DNA of 64,000 bases, taken from assembly GCA_029856045.1 (NCBI GenBank), contig JAHQWG010000033.1, forward strand, positions 32,001 through 96,000, in the 5' to 3' direction. The position numbers and the translations under genes are program-made. Of the stretch, positions 42,601 through 51,693 are shown one piece after another (the first letter of the stretch is position 1; the number at the start of each line of letters is the position of its first letter). The notes beneath the pieces were generated by a model that did not search any database, was not told where the DNA came from, and saw nothing but the letters and a program-made list of their open reading frames with translations. The stretch is from Promethearchaeia archaeon. Its GTDB lineage: Archaea > Asgardarchaeota > Lokiarchaeia > Sigyniarchaeales > SOKP01.

Positions 42601-42764
42601 CTCAATTTGAATATTATTTGCCAGAACCATGGTTAAAATGGAATGGTGAGATTAATGATTTAACAATTTTAGTTGTTTCATTCAAGAAAAATACAGTCTT
42701 ACATCCTGACTTTAAAATAAAACCATACTTTACTCATAAAAAAGTTCAATTAAATTTTCTCTAA
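39654..42764 (+). CDS. Glycoside hydrolase family 35 (beta-galactosidase-like), multidomain
   Basis: GGEMHYSR, YACAEWDCGGYP, QVENE (acid/base), AELEGGWF (nucleophile), YMFDGGTNF, TTYDYDA, C-terminal GRY..IGPQ..YYLPEPWL. Confidence 0.92.
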   Translation: MAEKNLFYKDKYFMINGEPCFLFGGEMHYSRIPRGLWEDRLNKMKQCFLNTYSSYSFWNYHEKERGNVNLAELEDILGLAHNIDLHVIVRCGTYACAEWDCGGYPHWLLTSNFQFRDFNKQYLMLEKDWHGKFSKVVIPYQFPQGPVILYQVENEFFWHDRKYLPYLYKMARDLGITIPIFVNENFEVEDICPLINAIDLYPGEWDFFEPSFWMFKYMRKNHDKPRFIAELEGGWFSRYGGQLPTQRGKWDPNWTEVLTKFFIATGLNGTIMYMFDGGTNFNYWPSGGDARLTTTYDYDACIRESGGLHERYYRMRLIGGFIDTFGKILVQMKPKLNYFKLLFFGIKRIFNKKRPVAFIRSLNESQFSFILNDNPNKIKNKEINFKLENIEEKKKISVIIPPKSLKIIPINIKISEKVKIEYCTAEIFRITSEKIADKNIIFLICYDKKNIKNEISIKIENESDSKILQLDHSIPICEVLNISDKNKLCVISINKDLAKKTQFFNGIPIISNIYFAEPQILQTSRNELNIELDSNKIILWIPEIASINSIKLKLLDGTDNTYEINPKSIKNGLKYFEINDSNIKEFNQFENPKIEFNKLKYKSDSEPLLIDYNDNNWKNMDHIISLEESGFYKNGFYIYRVKFSTPDIISQESFEIILNLGIRGHSLVILNGISFGLGRGVRLLNIAKLLKKGDNKNTLIILVENDGHRHFANVWERSGLTRTPILMFGKENSLKIRFTRTRKLKGDKIPLKLKRALFLPANIISKPLDKLKAMVGEGMTLSGIFGLFSVYLNIKNEGYLWYKSTFYYEEEKIEEFKKTNKRLWLMMDKVGQNCKIWLNNTVIDTLYNRKNANGFDITDLLKPGKNVLLVAMNLRGGYTILSNVYLTEGYELTDFKIQYGFNGQIGKYFLPEINTDDWQTIEDKSFMFVQKEPVGWFKIQFKIKEKKSDIICPLKLIIPKEIKGTALIFLNEKHIGRYEDIGPQFEYYLPEPWLKWNGEINDLTILVVSFKKNTVLHPDFKIKPYFTHKKVQLNFL

Positions 42765-42768
42765 TTTT

Positions 42769-43806
42769 TCATAATTTAATTTTTAAGTCATAATTACAAT
42801 TAGCACATTTTCCATCTTTAGTTAAATTTTCTTTATCTATATCGAAAATATATCTTTTAATAACGAGTTTTCCACAATTAGGACAATAAGTATTTTCATA
42901 CTTATGCCCCGGAACATTTCCAATATAAATATAATCTAATCCAACCTGTTTTCCCATTTCATATGCACTTTCGAGAACTTTCACTGGTGTAGCTTCTTTT
43001 ATTCCATATTCGAGTGATTTATAGGCTGGATGGAATCTCGTTATATGCCAGGGGGTTTCATATCCTAAATCTTTATATATTCTTTCAGCAATCTCTTTAA
43101 AGGTGTCATGGTCAGAATTCATCCCTGGAATAACTAATGTTGTAATTTCTATATGCATTCCTAAATCTTTTGCTAACTTTGCATTTCTCCATATTTTCTC
43201 AACATCGGTTTTGCAATATTTCTTAATAAATTCTTGATTTCCTTTAATATCGATATTTAATGCATCTAAACCATTTTCAACAAGAGATTTAAGAACCATT
43301 TCGGTCATATATCCATTAGTAACATATGTATTATAAAGACCTTCTTTTTTAGCCAATTTAAAGACTTCCAAAGAATACTCAAATAATAACGTTGGTTCAT
43401 TAAAGGAAATTGAAGTGCCTTCACTTAATCTTGATTTTGCTAATTTAATTAATTCCTTAGGAGAAATAAAGAGATCTTTTGAATTAAAATTGTCCGGGCT
43501 TTGTTTTGAAATATCCCAATTTTGACACCAAAAACAATCAAAGTTGCAACTATAAGTTCCAATAGTTATTGCAGTGGTTCCCGGATGAAAATGGAAAAAT
43601 GGTTTCTTTTCAATTGGGTTATAAGAAAGAGATGATATCTTTCCAAATACAGTGGTATAAATTACACCTTTAATATTTTTTCTTGTTTTACATATTCCAA
43701 TATTTCCCTCCGATATTATACAACGATGTTCGCAAGTTAAACATTGGGAAATTTTTTTCCCTATCTCCTTCTGAAATATTCCTTTTTTAATGAATTCTGA
43801 GTTCAT
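42769..43806 (-). CDS. amrS: AmmeMemoRadiSam-system radical SAM enzyme (PflA-like)
   Basis: CLTCEHRC...GICKTR, PIEKKPFFHFHPG, CNFDCFWCQNWDIS, HITRFHP, NTYCPNC. Confidence 0.9.
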   Translation of the reverse strand: MNSEFIKKGIFQKEIGKKISQCLTCEHRCIISEGNIGICKTRKNIKGVIYTTVFGKISSLSYNPIEKKPFFHFHPGTTAITIGTYSCNFDCFWCQNWDISKQSPDNFNSKDLFISPKELIKLAKSRLSEGTSISFNEPTLLFEYSLEVFKLAKKEGLYNTYVTNGYMTEMVLKSLVENGLDALNIDIKGNQEFIKKYCKTDVEKIWRNAKLAKDLGMHIEITTLVIPGMNSDHDTFKEIAERIYKDLGYETPWHITRFHPAYKSLEYGIKEATPVKVLESAYEMGKQVGLDYIYIGNVPGHKYENTYCPNCGKLVIKRYIFDIDKENLTKDGKCANCNYDLKIKL

Positions 43807-43895
43807 TTTGATGATAATAATTATAAAATTCTTTTTAAAAAAGATTATCCTATTAAATTATTTTTAACGGATTTAATTTATCCAACTAATAAATT

Positions 43896-44726
43896 TTAGG
43901 GAAGAAAAACAAAACCATTCATTTGCATAATAATTAGAGTAATGAAATAAATAAGAAGGAAATTTCCCATTAAAATTCCAACATCTTTTACGCCCTTTGT
44001 GGATCTCGTGGGATGTCTGAATGTATATAATGTACCGATTGGGAAAAGAACAAATGGTAAAAAGTAGACTATAGGATAAACAATGAATGTGCAGATTGCC
44101 ACTATTAATGTGATTATTGATGATACCCAGATTATTTTCTGTTGAGTTTTTAAAGAAAATCTTGTAATACTATCCCCATCTATAACCTCATGAACAAATT
44201 GACCTGTTATTGCGAAAGTAAAAAATGCAAACATTAAAAACCATTCAAATTCGCTCATAAGTGGTTCAGTTAATGGAATACCAATGTGATCTATTTTTAT
44301 CATAAAATATGGTAATACGATATGAGAAGCTCCGAGTAAGATGTGATTCAATATTGGAACTGATTTATATTTTACACAGTATAATAAAACCAGTATGATT
44401 ATAACAATAAGAAGGATGCCATTAATCCATTTTTCAATACATGTTCTTATTAGTAGTGTAAGCCCTAAAACAAATGTAACCAAACCTATTGTAAATATTT
44501 CCTTCCAATGATACCCCTCAACTCTTTCAATTGTCTCTATTTCATTAGGATCTCTCATATCCACTACATCATTCCAAGTATTACCCGTGATTGCGAGCAT
44601 TACAAATCCTACTATAATATCGATATGGTTCCAAATTAGGTATTTATTGATAAAAATTGCGATAAGAAGGGGAACAATGACCGAAAAAGTGTAATCAAGT
44701 CTTAATAAATCAATCCTGCGGGACAT
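43896..44726 (-). CDS. UbiA prenyltransferase family protein (divergent)
   Basis: LLRL, GNTWNDVVDMRD, HEVIDGD, about 8 TMs. Confidence 0.7.
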   Translation of the reverse strand: MSRRIDLLRLDYTFSVIVPLLIAIFINKYLIWNHIDIIVGFVMLAITGNTWNDVVDMRDPNEIETIERVEGYHWKEIFTIGLVTFVLGLTLLIRTCIEKWINGILLIVIIILVLLYCVKYKSVPILNHILLGASHIVLPYFMIKIDHIGIPLTEPLMSEFEWFLMFAFFTFAITGQFVHEVIDGDSITRFSLKTQQKIIWVSSIITLIVAICTFIVYPIVYFLPFVLFPIGTLYTFRHPTRSTKGVKDVGILMGNFLLIYFITLIIMQMNGFVFLP

Positions 44727-44808
44727 TTACATCACTTTTTATATTTAATTAGAAATTAAACTATTATATTATTAGTACTTTATGGTATTCATATAGAAAA
44801 CTCTATTC

Positions 44809-45612
44809 CTAAGGAAAAAACATTCTTATTGAACCAATTAATAAAACAATTGCTAAAATTATTGTTAGTTTTTTTCGAGATATTTTTTGAGATATTTTTG
44901 CACCAAAATATGCACCAATTAGACCTCCCGTCCCCATTAGAATTCCGATGATGAAATCAATCTTTCCCAACACTGATTTAACCATTACATTATAAATTGA
45001 AGTAAAAAAAATAATTCCTGTTGAATTTGCAGTTGCATAATAGATTGGAAATTGAAACATATAGTGTAAAGTTGGTGTATTAACAATTCCTCCTCCAATT
45101 CCCAATAAATTTGCAAGAAATCCTGCCAAAAGAAATAAAGGTATCCCTTTTTTTAAAATCTTTTTATGATTTTTAAACTCTAGGGAAAAATTCTCGCTTG
45201 CATTTGCACTTTCATTTGAATTGTTATTTGCTGGATCTTTTCTGAATATTAAGTTGATTGATACATAAATCATTACGCACGCAAAAATCAACCTCAATAG
45301 ATAATTATCTATTGGAGATATGATAAATAAAATAGTAGAGATTAAACTTCCTATAATAGTGAATATTGAACATATTAAACATAATCTTATGTTTATCCTC
45401 TTTTGTCTCTTGAGTAAAATAAATCCAAAGCCTGAGGAAATGAGAATAATTAGAGAGCTGGTTCCTACGGCGATATCTTCACTCACCGCAAAAATTATAG
45501 TCATCAATGGGACTGCTATTACGCCTCCCCCAATCCCTGATAAAACTGCGATTGTGCCTATTAGAATTCCAATTAAAAAGAGTAAGAGAAGAGTATACCA
45601 ATAATAGTCCAT
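44809..45612 (-). CDS. Sulfite exporter TauE/SafE (TSUP) family protein
   Basis: Two GIGGG..VP/TP motifs, AVGTS, GAYFGA. Confidence 0.9.
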   Translation of the reverse strand: MDYYWYTLLLLFLIGILIGTIAVLSGIGGGVIAVPLMTIIFAVSEDIAVGTSSLIILISSGFGFILLKRQKRINIRLCLICSIFTIIGSLISTILFIISPIDNYLLRLIFACVMIYVSINLIFRKDPANNNSNESANASENFSLEFKNHKKILKKGIPLFLLAGFLANLLGIGGGIVNTPTLHYMFQFPIYYATANSTGIIFFTSIYNVMVKSVLGKIDFIIGILMGTGGLIGAYFGAKISQKISRKKLTIILAIVLLIGSIRMFFP

Positions 45613-45666
45613 AACTCGTTAAGTGATTCTTTTCTTTTATGGTTTCTTAATCTTTATAATAAAGCT

Positions 45667-46458
45667 TTAATCATTTTTTTGGAAAAACATAGATATGTTC
45701 ATAACACTTCTTAAAGGACGATATGTAGCATCTATTTTCATCAAAATCGAACTGAATTTAATAAACTTTTTCCAAAAACTTCTAAAAACTAGGTTATCGT
45801 TATATTTTGTTCGTAATTTAATTAAATTTTTTTCAACTTTATCTGGATTTACTGCTTGAATTTCAGAAATTTTCATCAATTGTCCGTAAATTCCAAAAGT
45901 TCTAATTTCTTTAAAGCCATTAACTTCAAACATATCTTTCAATTCTTTTATTTCATATCTACGATAATGACCAATAATTTTATCTTGTTGAGTATAATAC
46001 TTTTTTCGGTGAGGTACAGTAATTACGACAATTCCTTTGGGTTTTATTACCCTACTAATTTCTTTTATGGCAGCTTTATCATTTTTTATATGTTCAAGCA
46101 CATCTAAAGCAATAATTAAATCAAATTGATTTGCTTGATATGGCAGCTGAACCATATCAACGCAAATTGGATGCATTTTATAATCAGGTTTATTTTGCAA
46201 TTTTCTATTTATTGTTATATATTGTTTTAAGGGAGTTATAGCTATATCTAAAAATGATTTATGAATAATCATTTCACAAAAATAAAGAAATGAATCGCCA
46301 GAACATCCAATTTCTAAAGCATTAGTAAATTTCCTTTTTGATCCCAAATTTTTAAGAAGTAAATCGAATTTACATCTTATACCTGGAGATAGATAATATT
46401 CTGATGATGTTCTCAATGAAAAATTTTTGTGACCTTCATAAAATTCTTTATATTTCAT
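45667..46458 (-). CDS. Class I SAM-dependent methyltransferase
   Basis: LEIGCSG, FDLIIALDVLEH, KPKGIVVITVP, GHYRRY. Confidence 0.9.
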   Translation of the reverse strand: MKYKEFYEGHKNFSLRTSSEYYLSPGIRCKFDLLLKNLGSKRKFTNALEIGCSGDSFLYFCEMIIHKSFLDIAITPLKQYITINRKLQNKPDYKMHPICVDMVQLPYQANQFDLIIALDVLEHIKNDKAAIKEISRVIKPKGIVVITVPHRKKYYTQQDKIIGHYRRYEIKELKDMFEVNGFKEIRTFGIYGQLMKISEIQAVNPDKVEKNLIKLRTKYNDNLVFRSFWKKFIKFSSILMKIDATYRPLRSVMNISMFFQKND

Positions 46459-46585
46459 TATTTACCAAAAAAATTTCCTCTCAATTAATATAGAAAAATG
46501 ATATATTAATTTTGTTTAAAATTTTTGATTAATACTAATAATTTTTCCAAAAATTCTTTAACTCTGAGTAATTCATTCAGTTATA

Positions 46586-47455
46586 ATGCTAATTGGGGAT
46601 GAATTTGCTTTTCTTGCGATTTTTTTTGGTCTCGGTATAGGAATTATCGCGTCAATGGTTGGTCTAGGTGGTGGCATTCTAATTATACCTACTTTTATAT
46701 TTATTTTTGGATTTCCTGTTAAAGATTCTATTGTTATCTCACTATTCTTTATGACTGGGACAGTAATAAGCGCGTCAATTAGGTATATGAAATTTAAATT
46801 GGTTAATTATAGACTAGCGTTATTATATAGTATTTGGGATGTTCCAGGGGTGATAGTCGGCGGCCTTATTACTTTAGTAGTAACTAACAATATTTTAGCT
46901 TGTCTTTGTGGCTTAGTAATAATGATTTTGAGTATTTTGCTCTTTAGAAGAAAGGAAATTGAAGTGAGTACTCAGCATATCTCTAAAAACAATGAATCTA
47001 TAAATGTATTGCCTAAGAATTCAAATGATAGATTAAAATCAACAACTACAATTAAGGGGAAAAAAAATCGTGTGGAAAGTTTTGCTTTTGCCTCTTTTAG
47101 TTCATTTTCTGGCGGATTAATTTCGGGGCTTGTAGGTTTAGGTGGTGGCACTGTTGATACCACTTCAATGATACTTCTCGATTTAGAACCAAAAGAAGCT
47201 GCTGCTACAGGTACATTAGGTAATATAGTGAGTCCATTTTCTGGATTAGTTGTTCATCTCTTATTGGGCTCTTACACAAGTTCATGGTTATGGCCAATTT
47301 TAGGGACATTAGGAGGAATTGTTGGTGCTCAAATTGGAGTATATTTAACCTCTCGAGTTAAAGGTAATGTAATACGGAAAATACTTGCTTGTTTAGCGTT
47401 TTATACGGGAATATTGATGATCTTTTCATTTTTTGGAATAAGTTGGATCCAATAA
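46586..47455 (+). CDS. Sulfite exporter TauE/SafE (TSUP) family protein
   Basis: GLGGGILIIP, GLGGGT, GAQIG. Confidence 0.9.
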   Translation: MLIGDEFAFLAIFFGLGIGIIASMVGLGGGILIIPTFIFIFGFPVKDSIVISLFFMTGTVISASIRYMKFKLVNYRLALLYSIWDVPGVIVGGLITLVVTNNILACLCGLVIMILSILLFRRKEIEVSTQHISKNNESINVLPKNSNDRLKSTTTIKGKKNRVESFAFASFSSFSGGLISGLVGLGGGTVDTTSMILLDLEPKEAAATGTLGNIVSPFSGLVVHLLLGSYTSSWLWPILGTLGGIVGAQIGVYLTSRVKGNVIRKILACLAFYTGILMIFSFFGISWIQ

Positions 47456-47533
47456 AACTGAATAACAATGATTTAAATTAAATAATCCCGTAATAAAGAA
47501 ATATATCAATAAAAAATATGTGAGTTTTAAATT

Positions 47534-48076
47534 ATGAAGTGTCCTCATTGTGATGCGGAAATAGGCGAGGATTTGGATGAATGTCCTTTCTGTTATGCTG
47601 ATTTAACTGCACCTCCAGTTGCACAAGATATCTCTCAGGTAGGTGTATCAACGTTAGATTCATATTCAATTGGTCATGTTGCAATGGGTGTAATGGCATG
47701 GTTGATTATTTCTTTAGGATATTCTATTTATCAATATTATGGTCTTCCCCCACTTTTTGAATTATGGGTTGTTTTTCTTTTAACATTATTATTTGCCGTT
47801 GTTTGGGAATTATTTGAAAATGTTATTCTATTTAAAGCTGGATTAAAATTCGAAAGTCGCAGGGATTCTATACTAAATAGTATTTGGGATATTCTTTTTG
47901 TAGTTTTGGGAGCAGTAATATTCTGGATTTTTTGGTATTTTTATGTAGAAGTAGCTAAAAATGCTGGACGTTGGTATTATTTAATTGGCTTTATAACGTT
48001 CACACTCTTAGTAATAATCTTTATATTTTCACTCAAATTCATAAAAAAAACTTCTGAAAAGAAGTGGATATCATAA
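47534..48076 (+). CDS. Zinc-ribbon-containing membrane protein (possible membrane metallohydrolase fold)
   Basis: N-terminal CPHC...CPFC, then a TM bundle with D.YSIGH, WELFEN and DSILNSIWD. Confidence 0.7.
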   Translation: MKCPHCDAEIGEDLDECPFCYADLTAPPVAQDISQVGVSTLDSYSIGHVAMGVMAWLIISLGYSIYQYYGLPPLFELWVVFLLTLLFAVVWELFENVILFKAGLKFESRRDSILNSIWDILFVVLGAVIFWIFWYFYVEVAKNAGRWYYLIGFITFTLLVIIFIFSLKFIKKTSEKKWIS

Positions 48077-48520
48077 CATAAATTTAATTAATTCTTTTTT
48101 ATTTTAATTTCCAAATTAATGTTATATGAAAAATTAGATATCTATAACCGAAAAAACTAAAAGATTTGCTTTTTTCTCTAGAAATAATTTAAATTTTCTT
48201 CATAAATCATATAAAATTTATTTTCCTCTAAATTATGAAAAATTATAAGGATTAATAATGCGTTAATAAACCAACCCATTTTCTCGAAAAATCGAAAATT
48301 ATGAATCAAAATAAAAACAAATTTAAAATTCAAAAAAACTTCGATTTTTGTCTGCAGTAAACTTAAAAAAAAATTTTTATATTTCTTAAGAATTATGGAT
48401 TATTTTCTTTTTTTCTTTAATTTATTTGAATTTATATAAAAATACTCTATTTTAATTCAATTAATTTTGAAATATAATTACTATTTATTCTCTAATCATT
48501 TCAAACATTCATATTTTTTG

Positions 48521-48536
48521 GAGAAAAGTTTATATA
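48521..48536 (+). promoter_or_regulatory. Archaeal BRE + TATA box with no downstream CDS
   Basis: gagaaaag followed by TTTATATA (48529-36). A TG initiator lies at 48558/59, placing the TATA at -30..-23. Confidence 0.55.
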
Positions 48537-48558
48537 TAGATTGGGATATAGATATAAT

Positions 48559-48700
48559 GTAAGAAATTTTATAAAAAAAAATTGGAATGCATTGGAAATA
48601 ATGGATTTTTTGCCATAATTTATTCCTCCGCTAATATTGAATGGTAATTGATCATTAATTTATAATTCCTTTTTCCTCTTGCATTCCAATCCTTTCTTAC
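48559..48700 (+). ncRNA. Candidate structured small RNA (~142 nt), unknown family
   Basis: 5' gtaagaaa pairs with 3' tttcttac; a perfect 11-bp stem attggaatgca/tgcattccaat; two inner hairpins; starts at the predicted TSS. Confidence 0.45.
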
Positions 48701-48934
48701 TTTCCAGATTTATATTATCGAAATTTTTAATATTATTTAAATATAAAAATTAAAATCCTATTTCAATTTCTTTTAAAATTCTATTTAATTTTTAAAGAGT
48801 TAATTTGGAAATGTAAGACAATTTTAATAATTTCATTGAAAATTTTTAAAGTACAGATAATTTTGCATTATTATAACTTACATTTATTCAAATGATTAAA
48901 AAAGGAGTCGATAAATATTCGAAAAAGGTTAAAA

Positions 48935-49450
48935 TTGGGTTTAATTCAACTATATTTTGGTAGAGGAAAAGGAAAAACTACTGCTGCGATAGGTCTCGGC
49001 TTACGCGCTTCAGGACATGGATTCAAAGTAAATATGATTCAATTTATGAAAGGAAACACAAAGTACGGAGAATTAAATGCCGTCAAAGGAATTGAAAATT
49101 TTGAAATACACCAGTTTGGAAGAATGGATCTAATAATGGAACCTGAGAAAATTGATATCGAAGAAGGCAAAAAAGCCCTAAAATACGCAGAAGAAATTAT
49201 TATGAGCGATAACTATGATCTCGTGATACTTGATGAAATTGGAGTTGCTCTTGAAATGCATATAATCAAGATTGATGATGTGATGAATTTAATTGAAAAA
49301 AAACCTGAAAAAGTTGAATTAATTTTAACTGGTGGGCAAAAAATCCATCCCAAAATAAAAGAAATAGCAGACCTAATAACTGAAATGAAGATGGTAAAAC
49401 ATTATTTTTCAACAGATGGAATACAAGCTCGCCTTGGAATTGAATTCTAA
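48935..49450 (+). CDS. cobO: Cob(I)yrinic acid a,c-diamide adenosyltransferase (CobO/BtuR)
   Basis: GLIQLYFGRGKGKTTAAIG, IQFMKG, LVILDEI, ELILTG, KHYF...ARLGIEF. Confidence 0.93.
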   Translation: MGLIQLYFGRGKGKTTAAIGLGLRASGHGFKVNMIQFMKGNTKYGELNAVKGIENFEIHQFGRMDLIMEPEKIDIEEGKKALKYAEEIIMSDNYDLVILDEIGVALEMHIIKIDDVMNLIEKKPEKVELILTGGQKIHPKIKEIADLITEMKMVKHYFSTDGIQARLGIEF

Positions 49451-49482
49451 CTGGAATATTAAAAGGATTACTAATTAACAAA

Positions 49483-50658
49483 ATGCTATATCATAAACAT
49501 ACCTATTTAATATGGTTATTAAGTCTCTCAACTATTCTAACTTCTTTTTATTTGCTCCAAATTGGAAAATCATATGCTCCAAATATTTCTTTTTTTAATA
49601 ACAATAATTATTTTCAATTTAATTCTACAAATGCATATAATATAATTGAAACCCAACTTAATTTTGGATTTCGAATTCCAGGAACTGAATCTAGTAAAAA
49701 TTGTGGAGATTATTTTATTGAACACATCAATACAATATCACCCACGCTTCCAATTTTTCAACATAATTTTAGTGTAAATACAATAAATTGTCGGAATTTT
49801 CTTATAACTATTAATCCCAATAACCCTCGCATAATAATCCTCGGAGCACATTATGATAGTAGAGCAATCTCTGAAAAAGATCCTACTGTAGATAAAAGAA
49901 ATGAACCATGTCCGGGAGCAAATGATGGAGCAAGTGGAGTTGCCACACTCTTGGAATTGATTAGAATTTTCTATGAAAAAAGAGAATCCCTAAATTGTTC
50001 AATATGGATTTTATTATTTGACGCTGAAGACCAAGGTAATGGAGCCTTGTCTGGTTGGGATTGGTGTGAAGGATCAAAAAAATTTGTTGAAAATATTAAT
50101 AATTATTATAATCCTGAAACCCAATCAATTGAAGCAATGATTTTGTTAGATATGGTTGGTGGGATAAATTTAGAATTTATTAATGAATTGAATTCGAATA
50201 TGCTATTACTTGGTGAATTATTTGAAATTGGAAGATCTTTAGGATTTTTAGATGCATTCCCATCTGATCCGGTATCTAACGCAATAACTGATGATCATTT
50301 ACCGTTTAAAGAACTTGAAATACCAGTAGCTGATTTGATTATTAACTTTTGGAGTCCATCAAGTCCCTGGCCTTATCATCATACAACATCGGATAATATC
50401 AGTCATATTTCACTAGGAAGTCTTGAAATAACAGGAAAAACGGTCGAAAAATTTATCTACAATCATTATTTCAACAGCCCCGAATATGAAAATGACTCAG
50501 GATATTATCCATGGAAAGATATCAATGGAAATTTCAATTTAGATATCACATATTATATTATTTTTTTTGTATTAATTGTTGGAATAGGAATTTCACTAAT
50601 AATTATCAAAAAGAGAAATAAATTTCAAAAACCTAATAATAAGATAAAATTGAAATAA
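49483..50658 (+). CDS. Secreted, C-terminally anchored M28 peptidase (glutaminyl-cyclase-like)
   Basis: Signal peptide, GAHYDSR, GANDGASG, FDAED, LLDMVG, DDHLPF, HHTTSD, C-terminal TM + KKR. Confidence 0.9.
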   Translation: MLYHKHTYLIWLLSLSTILTSFYLLQIGKSYAPNISFFNNNNYFQFNSTNAYNIIETQLNFGFRIPGTESSKNCGDYFIEHINTISPTLPIFQHNFSVNTINCRNFLITINPNNPRIIILGAHYDSRAISEKDPTVDKRNEPCPGANDGASGVATLLELIRIFYEKRESLNCSIWILLFDAEDQGNGALSGWDWCEGSKKFVENINNYYNPETQSIEAMILLDMVGGINLEFINELNSNMLLLGELFEIGRSLGFLDAFPSDPVSNAITDDHLPFKELEIPVADLIINFWSPSSPWPYHHTTSDNISHISLGSLEITGKTVEKFIYNHYFNSPEYENDSGYYPWKDINGNFNLDITYYIIFFVLIVGIGISLIIIKKRNKFQKPNNKIKLK

Positions 50659-50750
50659 TTCTAATTATTATGATAAATTAAAATCGTATTAGTTATACTT
50701 TAAATTCCAGAAATTTAATTTTTATTTAAAATGGAATAATTGTTGAGATT

Positions 50751-51503
50751 ATGGAAAATAATAAAAAGATTTCCAATTCTGAAAATGGAGAATTGAAGAA
50801 AAAAAAGTTATCTAAAAGAATCATAATTGGCATATTAATAGTTGTAATTGGATTTGGAAGCCCTTTTATTATAAATTTCTTAATGCAAGCCATTCTTCAA
50901 ACTCAACACCCACTTGTTGTAGTAGTATCTGATTCTATGAATCCAGCAATTTATCGAGGCGATTTATTGATCTTGCAAGGAAAAAATCCCATAGATATCG
51001 TAAATGGAACAATCGAGGGAAAAAATGGCGATATAATTGTGTATGATGCACATGGGGTATGGGATGAATGGCCAAATGGTCAAGTTCCGGATGAACCAAT
51101 AGTTCATAGAATAGTTAATAAATGGTTTGATAATTCTACTGGAAAATGGATGTTCTATACTAAAGGAGATAATGATGTTACAAATACTAATATTGACCCA
51201 CCTGATGGATATTCTCAATTTGATTATAAATATCCAGTTCCAGAAGATAAGATACTTGGTGTTGTTATTGGACGAGTTCCATATATTGGCTATTTTAATA
51301 TTTTCTTATCAGAAAATAATATATTTCTATATCTGATAATCGGGATTCTTGGCACTTTATTAATAATTTCTGTTTTATGGGATATTATAAGCCCCGAAAA
51401 AGAGAAAGAGAAAGAAAAAGAATCTAAACTTATAAAGGAAAAAGATAAGGAACGACGATTAAATTCTGAAAAAATCATAATTCAAGATGAATTTGAAGAA
51501 TAG
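50751..51503 (+). CDS. sec11: Signal peptidase I, archaeal/eukaryotic Sec11 type
   Basis: VVVSDSMNP, RGDL, PIVHRI, TKGDN, RVPYIGY. Confidence 0.93.
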   Translation: MENNKKISNSENGELKKKKLSKRIIIGILIVVIGFGSPFIINFLMQAILQTQHPLVVVVSDSMNPAIYRGDLLILQGKNPIDIVNGTIEGKNGDIIVYDAHGVWDEWPNGQVPDEPIVHRIVNKWFDNSTGKWMFYTKGDNDVTNTNIDPPDGYSQFDYKYPVPEDKILGVVIGRVPYIGYFNIFLSENNIFLYLIIGILGTLLIISVLWDIISPEKEKEKEKESKLIKEKDKERRLNSEKIIIQDEFEE

Positions 51504-51693
51504 AAGAATAAATTTTTTTGAATTATTTTACATCAATATTGGATATAAAAGAAAAATTTTAAAATTAATATACTTTTTTTGAATATAATGTTCTTTTGAA
51601 CATTATTAATTGATTAATAACATAAAAAACTCTGCACACGCAGAATTACTATTAAACAATAAAACGAGAATAAATTAAAGAGAGGTTAAAAAA

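Noticed and set aside
48559-48934. Cobalamin riboswitch upstream of cobO
   Set aside because: No recognisable B12-box or conserved cobalamin-riboswitch core, and the element ends ~235 nt before cobO. Kept only as a generic sRNA candidate.
51395-51450. gaaaaagag-type repeats in the signal peptidase 3' end
   Set aside because: Simple EKEKEK low-complexity coding tail, not a functional DNA repeat.
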